Source of the DNA: a virus
IMG/VR virus record: IMGVR_UViG_3300018432_000013
Span: 32,001-96,000 of that record
DNA length: 64,000 bases
Reading direction: 5' to 3' (one strand)
Shown: positions 46,459 to 57,941 of the stretch, piece after piece
How the letters are laid out: each line of letters opens with the position of its first letter
Position numbering within the stretch: position 1 is the first letter of the stretch
Position numbers and translations under genes: made by a program
Notes under the pieces: model-generated
The model's database searches: none
What the model was told of the DNA's origin: nothing
The model's input: only the letters and a program-made list of their open reading frames with translations

Positions 46459-46626
46459 ATGGCGACGTACGTACTGGTGGTAGAAGCGCCGGGGCGCACG
46501 GACGAGCTCAGCGCGGAAGCGCAGCGCCGTGCGCGCAGCGCGCGCCAAGCCGCCCGCAAGCGCCTGCGTGCCGCCGAGCTGATCGTCCGCGCTCGCGTCG
46601 CTGAAAAGCCCGTCATCGAGGCCTAA
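46459..46626 (+). CDS. Small basic protein
   Basis: SD GGAAGG. Confidence 0.45.
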   Translation: MATYVLVVEAPGRTDELSAEAQRRARSARQAARKRLRAAELIVRARVAEKPVIEA

Positions 46627-46635
46627 GCGCACGGG

Positions 46636-46923
46636 GTGCCCATGCGCACAGTCGACATCGACGGCGTGGCATGGGTCCGCCACGCAGAACGACGCTGTGC
46701 ACGCTGCGGCGCGCGAACCTACCGCGTCAGCCGGCGCGTGGGCCCTGAGCTCCTGCTGCGCCCAATGCCAGGCAGACGCGGCAGTCACACCTTCACACGG
46801 TCAGCCGGCCCAAAGCGGCTGCTGACCGTGTGCACGGGCTGCCTGCACGACCACTTCAGGGGCGCCGAGGACGCGGTGCAGGCATGGGCCGCGCAGCAGC
46901 TCGATCGCGACAAGGCGCCTTAG
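46636..46923 (+). CDS. Zn-finger protein
   Basis: CARC...CTGC. Confidence 0.55.
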   Translation: MPMRTVDIDGVAWVRHAERRCARCGARTYRVSRRVGPELLLRPMPGRRGSHTFTRSAGPKRLLTVCTGCLHDHFRGAEDAVQAWAAQQLDRDKAP

Positions 46924-46970
46924 TCGATATCACTTGCTGCCGGGTCGCTCTATCGCGTATCTTATTAATT

Positions 46971-47357
46971 ATGGAACCAAGACGCCGTGATACTACGATA
47001 CCGGGCCAGCGCGACGCATCGGCACCGAAGACGCTTGCGCCTCTGAACGCACGCATGCTCGAGACTTCAGGGCTTTACGACTTCGATGTCGTGGATTTCG
47101 ACACGGCCGTCACGGACGACGGCGCGATCGAGTTCTGGGCGGACGTGTACGACCGGGTCCGCGAGCACACGGTCATCGTGACCGGCCGCTGGGACAGGGC
47201 ACACGCGGCATTCGAGCGCGTGTGGCTCGACGAGGCCGAGCTCGGGCCCCAGCACCCGCTGCGCCGCACCATCGAGAGCGACAACTACATCGCGCGCGAG
47301 TGCGGCCGCGCCGCCGACCACGCCGCCCAGAGCGCACTCGAAGCGGCGCGTTGGTGA
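46971..47357 (+). CDS. Hypothetical protein
   Basis: ATG directly after an AT-rich promoter-like element. Confidence 0.55.
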   Translation: MEPRRRDTTIPGQRDASAPKTLAPLNARMLETSGLYDFDVVDFDTAVTDDGAIEFWADVYDRVREHTVIVTGRWDRAHAAFERVWLDEAELGPQHPLRRTIESDNYIARECGRAADHAAQSALEAARW

Positions 47358-47668
47358 TGGGCATGCTCAGCCTACGCAAAGCCACCGAAGTCCGCTGGGG
47401 GCGCCGCCTTGAGCTCGGAACCGTCTACCGGATCGTGGGCCAGTTCCACGTGCAGACCGAGGCGAAGGGCACCTTGCACGCGTGTCTCGTGCCCGTCGTC
47501 GCCGGCATGTACCAGGGCCAGCTCTCAGGCGACCCGACGCGCCACGTATTCACCGACACCGATGGCCTGCGCTACGTCGTCTCGAGCCCGGCGCACACGT
47601 GCGGACTGACCACCGCGCGCGTCTACCGCTTCCCCAAAAAGCGCGTGTCCGCGGCGCGCGCGGCGTAG
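47357..47668 (+). CDS. Hypothetical protein
   Basis: TGATG coupling. Confidence 0.5.
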   Translation: MGMLSLRKATEVRWGRRLELGTVYRIVGQFHVQTEAKGTLHACLVPVVAGMYQGQLSGDPTRHVFTDTDGLRYVVSSPAHTCGLTTARVYRFPKKRVSAARAA

Positions 47669-47671
47669 TAT

Positions 47672-47923
47672 TCATGCCGGCGTGATTGATGCGTGCGCCC
47701 GGCAATAGTGCCGCTCCTCGCCTCGCTGCACAGCACACGCCTCGCAGAGTGGGCGGCTACAGGCTTGGCCTTCCTTGCGGCCACGCAGCGAAAAGTCGCA
47801 CACAAACGTGCTCAACTTGCCGCACCCCACACAAGGTGGCCGCGTCCGCATCCGGCCGCAGACCCACAGCGTCACGCCGCTCGTCACGGCGCTACCTCTA
47901 CAGGCTCCAACAACGCAAGGCAC
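47672..47923 (-). CDS. Cys-rich Zn-finger protein
   Basis: CVGC...CDF...CSRPLCEAC...HYC..H. Confidence 0.6.
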   Translation of the reverse strand: MPCVVGACRGSAVTSGVTLWVCGRMRTRPPCVGCGKLSTFVCDFSLRGRKEGQACSRPLCEACAVQRGEERHYCRAHASITPA

Positions 47924-48291
47924 ACCGTGCGCACCGCGATGACGAGCTCAAGCCCGCGCTTGCGCAACGCGTCGTTGTCCATGTTCAGGTTCGCATAGCA
48001 GTACGCGCGACCGAGATATTCGCCCGCGCCGAAAGCATCGAGTCCGCTGCGAGCGCGCTCCAGCGCCGTGCACAGCTCGCTCGTCAGGTGATCGCAGCGA
48101 TACGCGTCGGACAGCTCCGCAAACCACGACTCGTAGACCTTCTGCGCTGCGGTGCGCTCGGCAACTCGGCAGTCGAGCTCGCGGCCCTTGGCGCATACGC
48201 AGAACGGCCAGGGCGGCCGGCTGTCGTCGACGACGTAGCCGCGGCCACTGCACTTCAGGCACGACTCGGTTACTGCTGACACCCGGCTCAT
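47884..48291 (-). CDS. Zn-finger protein
   Basis: CLKCSGRG...CVC. Confidence 0.55.
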   Translation of the reverse strand: MSRVSAVTESCLKCSGRGYVVDDSRPPWPFCVCAKGRELDCRVAERTAAQKVYESWFAELSDAYRCDHLTSELCTALERARSGLDAFGAGEYLGRAYCYANLNMDNDALRKRGLELVIAVRTVCLALLEPVEVAP

Positions 48292-48525
48292 CGAGGCTCC
48301 TCAAAACCCACTGTAGCTGCGGATCCCAAAGCCAAGGCAGCGCGAGCACCCGCCGCCACACCCGCAGTCATCCCACGCCACGTCGTAGTCGTCGTCTTCG
48401 ACGTCGTCCTCATCCTGCTCGTCGTCGCGCGCGTCCGCATGCTTCTCGCTTGGATTGCCCACCCAAGCGTTGGTGCCCCGCGCGCAGACTCAGCCATGCG
48501 GCCGCGCTCACCATCCGCGACGTTT

Positions 48526-48789
48526 TCAGCCATTGGCGGCTTTCTTCTCGGCGCCCTCGTTCCTGTTGAGAAACCCGCGCATGTGATTCGCACGCGAGAT
48601 CTTGGCCTCTTTCACCTGCCGCTCGACCCGGGCAAGCAGTGCGGGCTTGCCACACACATTCGCCATCACCCGGCGCACGAGCAAGGGGAGGGTCACGTCC
48701 GGCCCCATGGCATCTGCCAGCTTCTGCCACTCTTCGCGCTCTTCATCCGATATCCGCACGAGCACTTGATTCGTCAAAATCCCAGGCAT
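48526..48789 (-). CDS. Ribbon-helix-helix DNA-binding protein
   Basis: VLVRISDEEREEWQKLA...L..LVR; SD GAGGAG. Confidence 0.7.
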   Translation of the reverse strand: MPGILTNQVLVRISDEEREEWQKLADAMGPDVTLPLLVRRVMANVCGKPALLARVERQVKEAKISRANHMRGFLNRNEGAEKKAANG

Positions 48790-49359
48790 TTGTTTACTCC
48801 TCTGGCTGGGCGCCGGACTTCAGCGCCTCACCAAAGAGAGCATAGCATGCCCGTATCGAATAAGGGCAAGTTCAAAGCACACGCGCCCGGAGGACTACCG
48901 CAGCGCTCAAAGGCCGGGCCTTCCCAGCCAAACACCGAGATGTCACGCGCCGCACGGCCTTCACCCCGCGCGTGTGGCTCGGTGTTCTGCCTCGCAACAC
49001 TCAGGTCCGCTACCTTACCCATCGCCCTCCACACGCGGATTTGCCCAAACTTCGCTTGAAATCACTTATCCGATATCGCACCATGTACAGACGGATCGAC
49101 AGGCTCAAACCCTCAGATTCGATCCGAAAGACAACTTGCGGATCACCTCGGCCTACTCATATCCACGAGACCATCGATTGGATCTTGCGTTGGTTCGACG
49201 CCGCTGTTGAAGTTCTCTGGCCATTCCGGGTCGCCGCGTCACCCAACGTTCGTCATTTCCTGCGTCTCATCATCTCTCCGTCGCCTCGTCTCTCCGTCTC
49301 CGCTGCCCTCCCGACCTTCGTCTTCAGGGGCTTTTCCGCAAATTCTAGGAGCCAACCCC

Positions 49360-50001
49360 ATGCGCGCTGACGTGCAGTCTCCAGCCGACGTGATCACCGA
49401 TGAGATTGAGCGGATCATTGCGAAGCTAGCGCGGGACGTGGCAGAGCGTCTTCGCTCCTGCGACCGCTACCAAGCCAGACAAGACATCGCACAGGCCTTG
49501 CGCCTGGTCGCGCTGCAAGAAGCGCCCAAGTATCGCGGCGACAACGGCGCGACCCTAGCGACATTCCTCTACCGAGCGCTGCGTGTCAAAGCCTGGTCGG
49601 TCGGCTTCTGGCTCGACCTGCCCACGCATGTCGCAAAGAACAAGCGCACGGGCGTTTGGACCACGCGCACGGCTGCGCAGACCGACAAGCGCGCTACGGA
49701 TGCACGCGCACCGAGAGACGACTTACCGCCTGCCGAGGCCATGGACCTGATCCGCGACCCCGAAGACCTCGAGAGCCGCCTCGCAGACCGCGAGATCGCC
49801 GCGCGTGTCGAGGCCGTTCTGCACGAGGATCCACAGCACGAGGCGATTGCTCGTGTGCTGTTCGACGGCGAGAAGGCACCCGACGTGGCACGCGACACGG
49901 GGGTACCCATCGGCGACCTTCGCAAGTGCATCGTACGCACACGCGCACGGCTTCGACGCGACCCGACGCTGCAAGAGCTCTACTTCCGCTGCCTGGCGTG
50001 A
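49360..50001 (+). CDS. Phage-encoded sigma70-family sigma factor (regions 2 and 4)
   Basis: DIAQ.....LQEA.KY..DNGATLATFLY..LR (region 2-like) and DVARDTGVP....RK...R.R..LR (region 4 HTH); SD AGGAG. Confidence 0.7.
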   Translation: MRADVQSPADVITDEIERIIAKLARDVAERLRSCDRYQARQDIAQALRLVALQEAPKYRGDNGATLATFLYRALRVKAWSVGFWLDLPTHVAKNKRTGVWTTRTAAQTDKRATDARAPRDDLPPAEAMDLIRDPEDLESRLADREIAARVEAVLHEDPQHEAIARVLFDGEKAPDVARDTGVPIGDLRKCIVRTRARLRRDPTLQELYFRCLA

Positions 50002-50018
50002 GGCGAAGCGAGCGCACC

Positions 50019-51449
50019 CTAGTAGGAAGGCTCGCTCGCCTCAAGCGCAAGCGAGCTCGTCTCGGTGACGATGGCGTGCCCCTCCTTCTTGTACGCCCGT
50101 TTGCGATCACGGTAGTGGTTCTCGAGGATGCGGTTGTGGGTGTCCTCGAAGTCCCACACCTCGAATGTATCCTTGGCACCCGCCACACGCCGCATGCCGC
50201 GCCCGATGCGCTGCAAGAGCGCTATCACGCTCTTGCCACCTGCCGCGAGCACCACGCTTTCGAGCGAAGGGACGTCGATGCCTTCGTTGAAAATCTGACT
50301 CGTCACGAGCACGTCAATCTCTCCGCGCACAAGGCGCTGCAGCGCGCGCTCTCGCTCTTTCGTGGCACTGGCGCCAAACACGAACTCGGCGTTGATACCC
50401 ATGCGGCGAATCCCCTTCAACAGAAACTCGCCGTGTTCGAGCAGGTCGACGAACACCATGGCGGGCTTTTTGGCGCGCTGCACCGCGCGCAGCACCGCGC
50501 GATTGCGCCCGACCGACTGCACGATCCCGCGCTCGCGAATGACGTTCCAGAGCGAGCTGTAGACCTCCTCGGCATCGTGCCGCACCATGTGCACGCGCGA
50601 GCGTGCGAGAAACCCGCGCTGGATGAGCTCTTCAGCGGGCACCAGGTACGCCACCGGCCCAAGCAGCCCGACCGCCACGCTTGAGCGCTTGTCGCCGCGC
50701 GCGAGCGGCGTACCCGACACACCCCAGCGGTAGTAGGCGTTGACCGCCCGCTGCAGCACACGCACGAAGCGGTCCGCCGCGGCCGTGTGCGCCTCGTCGA
50801 CGATCAGCGCCTCGGCCGATTCGAGCTGGCGCTTGACCGCGGGGTTCTTCAGGTTCGCGGCGAGCGAGTCGATGGTGGCGATGGTGATGCGATGGCCGAG
50901 CTCCTTGTCCCCGTCGCCGAAGTAGCCGATGTCTTCTGGGCGGTGACCGTGCAGCTCGGCGCGCAGCTGAATGCGCGCGCCTATCTGCCGCATGAGCCCC
51001 TTGCGGTGCACGACGATCAGAAAGCGCATGGCCGGGAAGATGCGCAAGAGGGCCGCGATGACCTCCGTCTTGCCGCCCCCCGTACCCATCTGCAGAAGCC
51101 CGCGCACACGCGCGACGAGCACCTCTGCGGCTTCGCGCTGATAGTCGTAGAGCCACGCGAGGTCTGCAGACCAGTCGGGCACGGCCGGCACCTTGCGCGC
51201 ATCCGCCACGGTCAGATCCACACCCTCCGCGCGCGCCTTGCGCTCGACCATCGTGGTGAAGCCGGCTGGGAACTCACACGTTTCGAAGTCGAAGAAGTGC
51301 TCGAAGCGCTCCCCGTCGTACTTGGGCCGCCCCGTGTAGTCGCGGATGAACTTCGGCGTGCGCAGCACGAGGTAGTTCCACAGCCAGTCGCGCTCCTCCT
51401 GCGTTCCATCCGTGACGACTGACCAGGTGTTGTGCAGTTCGATGCGCAT
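50019..51449 (-). CDS. SF2 DEAD/DEAH-box helicase (UvsW-like)
   Basis: LYDYQ, TGGGKT, DEAH, SGT, EGIDVP, QRIGRGMR. Confidence 0.92.
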   Translation of the reverse strand: MRIELHNTWSVVTDGTQEERDWLWNYLVLRTPKFIRDYTGRPKYDGERFEHFFDFETCEFPAGFTTMVERKARAEGVDLTVADARKVPAVPDWSADLAWLYDYQREAAEVLVARVRGLLQMGTGGGKTEVIAALLRIFPAMRFLIVVHRKGLMRQIGARIQLRAELHGHRPEDIGYFGDGDKELGHRITIATIDSLAANLKNPAVKRQLESAEALIVDEAHTAAADRFVRVLQRAVNAYYRWGVSGTPLARGDKRSSVAVGLLGPVAYLVPAEELIQRGFLARSRVHMVRHDAEEVYSSLWNVIRERGIVQSVGRNRAVLRAVQRAKKPAMVFVDLLEHGEFLLKGIRRMGINAEFVFGASATKERERALQRLVRGEIDVLVTSQIFNEGIDVPSLESVVLAAGGKSVIALLQRIGRGMRRVAGAKDTFEVWDFEDTHNRILENHYRDRKRAYKKEGHAIVTETSSLALEASEPSY

Positions 51450-52133
51450 GCTGCTCTCCGTTAGTACCCGGCTTGCTCCGTGCGCTACATGGCCGTGCGC
51501 AACAAAAGCTTGCGGCTCTCGCATTGCTGAATCTTTTCAATAGCTTAGGATGAAGATAAAGCTGCTGTTTGGCTCACATCCAAAACCTCTGTGATCTCCA
51601 GCACATCGCAGACTTGGACTAATCAGATACGGATGACGATCCAGATCCGCAAGCTTTAAGCACGATTGCGGTTCTGGAGGCCCTGGCCAAACAAACATTG
51701 CGGTTCTGAAAACGCGATTTTCTTACGCGATTTCAGCGTACTACGAGAGACGGACCAGGACTTGCAAATTGTTCTTATACTCTGAGAGGGATCTGGCTTT
51801 CGTTCGTTTCTCTCTTCTTCTTCGAAGAAAGAGAAACTCTTGCCGCGCTGGCGCGCGGGCTTTCTTTTGGGAAGAGACCCGGAGAGGAGAAGCCACCCCC
51901 CCCGACCCATGGGTGTGAAGGGTGCCCGCGCGAGCAGGAGCGGGGTCAGAAGCGCGCGGCCGCGCCCGACGCGATTGGGATCCGCGCCGCGCGCGCCGGG
52001 CCTTGCTGAGGCGCACAGGGCCCGGCGCGAGGGGATCAGGCGGCCGGGCGCATGTGGGTCTGGGTGTTCGTGCGCGGGCGGCGGGTTAGTGCGTTGACAT
52101 GGGCCGTAGGCACGCGGCAGCATCTTCGCTCGT

Positions 52134-52334
52134 ATGCCACCACACGCCATCGACCCAGAAGTGTTCGCGCGGCGCATCGCAGGGGAAGCCCTGTGCCACA
52201 TCGACACCGCGCGAAAGTTCGTCCGCGGTGAGCCCGTGCGCGGAATCATGCTCAAGCAGCAGCTAGAGCGTGCCAAGGCAGCGGTTCTGCAAGCGCACGG
52301 CCAGAGCGAGCAGCTTCAAGACACCGGCACCTGA
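52134..52334 (+). CDS. Small putative HTH protein
   Basis: 66 aa after a TTGACA promoter-like element. Confidence 0.55.
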   Translation: MPPHAIDPEVFARRIAGEALCHIDTARKFVRGEPVRGIMLKQQLERAKAAVLQAHGQSEQLQDTGT

Positions 52335-52402
52335 ACTCTTCTCACGCGCGCTGACCGAGCGCTCCGGGGGGAGAGCGGCCGGCGCGCAAGATTGCCAAAC
52401 CC

Positions 52403-53593
52403 ATGAGCACTTCGCCGACACAGCTTGCGGCTGTTGTGTCGTCTGCGCCTGAGCTTGAACGCGCAGACCCACGCACGCACACCGTCGCCGCCCTTCGCCA
52501 AGGCCCGAGCTTACGCAAGCTGCTCGGCTCGGCCGGCGAGCTCTGGACGCAGCTTCAGGCGCGCACCCGGCGCGTACACGGCAGTGCGATTACGGTCACG
52601 GCGAGCGAGCTTGCCAAGACACAGCGCCCCGCGCGCCCACTGCGCACCATCGAGTGGGGCCTCAAGCGACTGCACGAAGCAGGCCTCATCACGCGCTCGC
52701 GCACACGTTACGGCGTCGTCCTGACACTCTGCGGCTGGGACATCGACGACAACGGCGTGCGCGAGTACTCCCCGCACTTGCCTCCCGCCACGCTGCGCTG
52801 GATGCGTGATCAACGTCCGCGCGGTCGACCGAAGGGTTACAAGCCGCCAGCGTCCCCTCGTCCGCTCACCTCGGAGAACTTGTTCATGCAGCAACACGAA
52901 GTGGCTTCTTCCTCCACGGAAGCTCGTGCGCGCATCCTCGCGCATCCACTCGTGCCGCCCGATCCACACGTGCCGCACTTGAGCCTGCCGCGTCTGCCTT
53001 TGCCCGCGCTGCTCAGCAAGGACGCGCGCCCGAGTGAGAACCGCGAGTTTCTGATCGAGGCGTACGTGAGCGCCGTGCGCGTGTTTTACCCGCGGCTCGC
53101 AGTGGCCAGCGCGTGCAAGTACATGCGCTCGCAGGATGGGCGACGGCTGCTCGACGCGGCCGCTGAGATATTTTTGGCGGAGGCCATCGCGCCGCAAGCC
53201 TGGATCGGTCTCGCGCTCGCACGCGACAAGCCGCGGCGAAAACAGCCGCAGCGCCCTGAGATTCTCTACGAGCCGACGCTTATTGAAAAAGCGGCCGGCT
53301 CTTTTCACACACGCGCCGAGAAGTCCAACCTCTACACACGCGCGCCCGCCAACGACGCGCGGCACGCCCTCTACACGCAGGGCATTCGCGATCTGCGGGC
53401 GCTCTGGATACGGACCATGATCGACCTGAAGCAGCTCGATCACTACGACGAGGCCGCCATCCGCAACATCTGCATGCGCTACTGGCCGCAGGGGTACAGC
53501 GGCGTGTATCGCAGCGCGGAAGAGAAGATGCGCACGATCCAAAACGAGCTCGATGCGCGCTGCGCTCGTGGCGAATACCTTTGGGGCGAGTAG
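52403..53593 (+). CDS. Putative replication initiator / helicase loader (N-terminal wHTH)
   Basis: ELA......RTI...LKRL..AGLI.R wHTH, AT-hook PRGRPK; directly upstream of the DnaB-like gene. Confidence 0.5.
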   Translation: MSTSPTQLAAVVSSAPELERADPRTHTVAALRQGPSLRKLLGSAGELWTQLQARTRRVHGSAITVTASELAKTQRPARPLRTIEWGLKRLHEAGLITRSRTRYGVVLTLCGWDIDDNGVREYSPHLPPATLRWMRDQRPRGRPKGYKPPASPRPLTSENLFMQQHEVASSSTEARARILAHPLVPPDPHVPHLSLPRLPLPALLSKDARPSENREFLIEAYVSAVRVFYPRLAVASACKYMRSQDGRRLLDAAAEIFLAEAIAPQAWIGLALARDKPRRKQPQRPEILYEPTLIEKAAGSFHTRAEKSNLYTRAPANDARHALYTQGIRDLRALWIRTMIDLKQLDHYDEAAIRNICMRYWPQGYSGVYRSAEEKMRTIQNELDARCARGEYLWGE

Positions 53594-53597
53594 GGCG

Positions 53598-54971
53598 ATG
53601 TCGAGCAAGACGAAGCGTCTGCCTCTCGCCAAGCAACTCGAACGCGACGTCGTGCACTACCTGGTGAAGGAGCCGCGCTTTTACACGCGCGTCGCTCACG
53701 CGCTCGACCCGGAGCTACTGACCAACGAACACGCGCGCCTCGTCGCCGAACTTGCGCTCGTGTTCTATCGCGAGACACAAGGCCAGTGCGCGATGGGACT
53801 TGCGATTGTAGCGCAGCGTCTGCGCAGCCTGCGCGAAGTCGGACGCCTGACCAAAGAGGATGCAGACGACACACTCGACTGGCTCGAGGAGGTCTGGAAC
53901 GAGCCGCATGCTGATCGCGAGGCGGTCGTGCGTGAGCTCGCCAGAGAGCTCCGCCGTCACCTTGAAAACGTGGCCATCCTGCGCGGCATGGAGATGCACG
54001 GAAAGCATGGATCGCTGACCGAGGTGAGCGAGCTGCTCGCCAAAGCGGAGCGCCTCGGCAAGCAAGAGGAGAGCTTGGGCAGCGCATGGAATGATGACGA
54101 CGACGAGAACGCGGCGCCTATCATCCGCGTCGAGCGGCTCGCGACGGGCATCACCGAGCTCGATATGTTCATGCGCGGCGGGCTTGCGCGCGGAGAGTTC
54201 GGCTTCGCGATGGGCGACTCGGGCTCTGGCAAGTCGGTGTTCTTGTCGCAGGTGGCAGCGACCGCCCTGCACACCGGGCACAACCCATTCATCGCCACGC
54301 TCGAAGTCTCAGAGCGCATCTGGAAGAGCCGGCTCAAGGCGGCCGCAAGTGACATCCCCTCGGACCTCATCCTCGAAGGGGAGCTCACACCGCGAGACAG
54401 AGAGCAGATCAAGCGCTCACGCAGCGGCCAGCTCGCGCACATCGTCCAGCTGCCGCCAAAGATCACCACGGCGACAGATGTTTGGCGCGCCTTCGACGCG
54501 GCCAACCGTGAGCTTGAGCTCAAAGGTGAAGAGCGTCGCTACGACGTGCTGATCATCGATTACGCGGACAAGCTCGGCTGGCCGAAAGAGTGCAAAGGCG
54601 CGTACGAAGGCCAGGACCACGTCTACGAGACGCTGCTCTACGGGGGCCGTGAGCGCAACGTGTGGACGTGGACCGCGAGCGCAGCCAAGCGTCGCGACCA
54701 AGCGAAGAAAAAGAGCAAGGATGGCTTGCTGCGCATGGAGGACGTCGGTGACAGCATCCACAAGGTGCGAAACGCTGACGTAATCCTGACCATCAACCCG
54801 AGCGCGGATCATCAATACGTGCGCATCCTGCTCGACAAAAACCGCACGGGTGAATGCGGCTTTCTCAGCGAGTACATGCAGACCGACTACGCGTTTGGAC
54901 GCCTCGTACAAATCGAGGTCGAGCGCGCGCAGCCACTTCCGGACAGTGCACTCACGCTCCCGTTTCAGTGA
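53598..54971 (+). CDS. DnaB-like replicative helicase
   Basis: TGI..LD....GL, GDSGSGKS, TLE, IIDYAD, KNR.G. Confidence 0.88.
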   Translation: MSSKTKRLPLAKQLERDVVHYLVKEPRFYTRVAHALDPELLTNEHARLVAELALVFYRETQGQCAMGLAIVAQRLRSLREVGRLTKEDADDTLDWLEEVWNEPHADREAVVRELARELRRHLENVAILRGMEMHGKHGSLTEVSELLAKAERLGKQEESLGSAWNDDDDENAAPIIRVERLATGITELDMFMRGGLARGEFGFAMGDSGSGKSVFLSQVAATALHTGHNPFIATLEVSERIWKSRLKAAASDIPSDLILEGELTPRDREQIKRSRSGQLAHIVQLPPKITTATDVWRAFDAANRELELKGEERRYDVLIIDYADKLGWPKECKGAYEGQDHVYETLLYGGRERNVWTWTASAAKRRDQAKKKSKDGLLRMEDVGDSIHKVRNADVILTINPSADHQYVRILLDKNRTGECGFLSEYMQTDYAFGRLVQIEVERAQPLPDSALTLPFQ

Positions 54972-55063
54972 GTGGAAGGGAAACAACCATGTTGCGAGTT
55001 CTTTCGATGCGCTCGTGAGCCGCGCTACATCCGTCTGCCGCATCACGAGGCACTAACGTTTTC

Positions 55064-55834
55064 ATGTGCGCTCACCGCGTCCGGCGACTTGCCGAAGCAG
55101 ATGAGGTTCGTGATTTCATCGTCGAAGCTAGGTTGAATAAGAAGGACTACGAAGTGGCACGGCTGCAGCGCGCTGATGTCAACACGACGATGTACCCGTC
55201 CACCGTCCATTTTCGACGGCACTACGGACACACGTTCAACACGCTTTTGGGCAGGAGACGCCCTGGCAGTGGGCTGGTATCCACGAAACAGGTATGTCGC
55301 TTCGCAGCAAATCTAACGCAGCGCGAATATGACTTGGCGATTCGCAGTGCGAATAGCGGGCGATCGCGAATCTATCCAGCGAGCTGGCGGTTTCCAAAGG
55401 TGTACGGCAGCACGTTTGGCGAACTGCTCGAGAGGCATCAGCAAACGTCGACGAGAGAGCGACGCGAGCACACACGCCTTTGCCAACAGCTTGCTTCCCG
55501 AAGGGCAAAGGGTCGGCTACGTGCACGCGGACGTTCGCTCGCTGAACGTGAAACCATCTACTACCGAGAGATACTTCGACGTTACCGGCTGACTCGCGAA
55601 GGGCTAGGCGTTTTTTTGGCAGCACAGAACGGGTGCTGTGGTGCCTGTAATCAGCCACCGCTGAAAGGCAAAAGGTTGGTTGTAGACCACTGCCACCGTA
55701 CGGGCTTGGTTCGTGGGTTGCTTTGCCGTACCTGCAACGTGGCGCTGGGCCTCCTTGAAGAGGACCCGCAACGTATCTACAGCCTTGCGGACTACCTGCT
55801 GAGAGCGAGGGTGACCCATGTCAGTGCGGGATGA
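55064..55834 (+). CDS. Free-standing endonuclease VII-type (HNH) homing endonuclease
   Basis: Q.G.C..C...L.VDHCH.TG.VRGLLC..CN..LG; two N-terminal YP....F...YG.TF..LL repeats; lower GC than its flanks. Confidence 0.82.
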   Translation: MCAHRVRRLAEADEVRDFIVEARLNKKDYEVARLQRADVNTTMYPSTVHFRRHYGHTFNTLLGRRRPGSGLVSTKQVCRFAANLTQREYDLAIRSANSGRSRIYPASWRFPKVYGSTFGELLERHQQTSTRERREHTRLCQQLASRRAKGRLRARGRSLAERETIYYREILRRYRLTREGLGVFLAAQNGCCGACNQPPLKGKRLVVDHCHRTGLVRGLLCRTCNVALGLLEEDPQRIYSLADYLLRARVTHVSAG

Positions 55835-56738
55835 GCTGGCGACAGAAGCAGCTTCGCGCGTCCGTGGTTCAGGCAGGTGGCAACGCTGCTCGTGCCCTTT
55901 CTGCCCCTTGCGCGGACTTGGACCCGACCATCGAGGCAACTGGTGTCTCGACACGACGCGCGGCTACTACCACTGCTTCCGCTGCAACGTGAAGGGCTTT
56001 CTGCCGGGCTGTGGTCCGGACGAAGAGCAGGAGGAGCAGCCACTTCGATGTTTGCCTGTGCGGATGTTGCCGGGCGAGCTTGACGACAGCCTTGGTGCGC
56101 CGGAAGGCTTTCGCCGGCTCATCGAGCGTGATGAGGATCTGCGCGGCGCGGTGCGCTACGTGCGGCGCCGCGGCATCACGCGCGAGATTGCAGAAGCTGC
56201 GCACCTTGGCGCGTGCCTTGATGGGCCGCTGCGCGGGCGCATCGTGGTGCCCATCTTCGCCGCGGACGGGCGCACGTGGGCGGGGTGGTCGGCGCGCCTG
56301 TACGTGCCCGCCAAGAGCCACCACACGCCGAAGTACCGAACGCCGGAAGGCATGGTCAAGCGCAAGGCCGTCTACAACCAGGCGGCGCTCTACCGCGAGA
56401 CCGACGAGCCGCTGCTTGTGGTGGAGGGCGCGTTCGATGCACTTCCCTACTACCCGAACGCACTCGCACTCCTCGGCAAACCCACGTCAGACCAGGTAGA
56501 TCTGTTATTCGATACGAAAAGGCCGCTCGTGATCTGCTTGGACGGGGATGCGTGGCTGGAGGGGCAGATGCTCGCGTTACGGTTGGCATTCATGGGACTT
56601 TCTCGGGTAGGATCGGTGCGTCTGCCCCCCAATACCGACCCCAATTCGGTAAATCCGGACTGGTTGCGAAAAAAAGCGAGCACCGCTTGGCAAAAAGATC
56701 TTCTCGCCGAGGCGTACCCGGGCACCAACACGGGTTGA
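55818..56738 (+). CDS. DNA primase (Zn finger + TOPRIM)
   Basis: CPFC...YHCFRC, RIVVP, KY, VVEGAFDA, LDGD. Confidence 0.88.
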   Translation: MSVRDELATEAASRVRGSGRWQRCSCPFCPLRGLGPDHRGNWCLDTTRGYYHCFRCNVKGFLPGCGPDEEQEEQPLRCLPVRMLPGELDDSLGAPEGFRRLIERDEDLRGAVRYVRRRGITREIAEAAHLGACLDGPLRGRIVVPIFAADGRTWAGWSARLYVPAKSHHTPKYRTPEGMVKRKAVYNQAALYRETDEPLLVVEGAFDALPYYPNALALLGKPTSDQVDLLFDTKRPLVICLDGDAWLEGQMLALRLAFMGLSRVGSVRLPPNTDPNSVNPDWLRKKASTAWQKDLLAEAYPGTNTG

Positions 56739-56788
56739 ATCACTCGGCTCCCACCTCTCCCGGGGCCGGCACGACGCGAGGCACCCGA

Positions 56789-57925
<1,137 letters not shown>

Positions 57926-57941
57926 GCCGGAGGGCGCCGCC

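Noticed and set aside
54972-55834. Group I intron around the endonuclease
   Set aside because: Flanking helicase and primase ORFs look complete and no intron core elements were recognised
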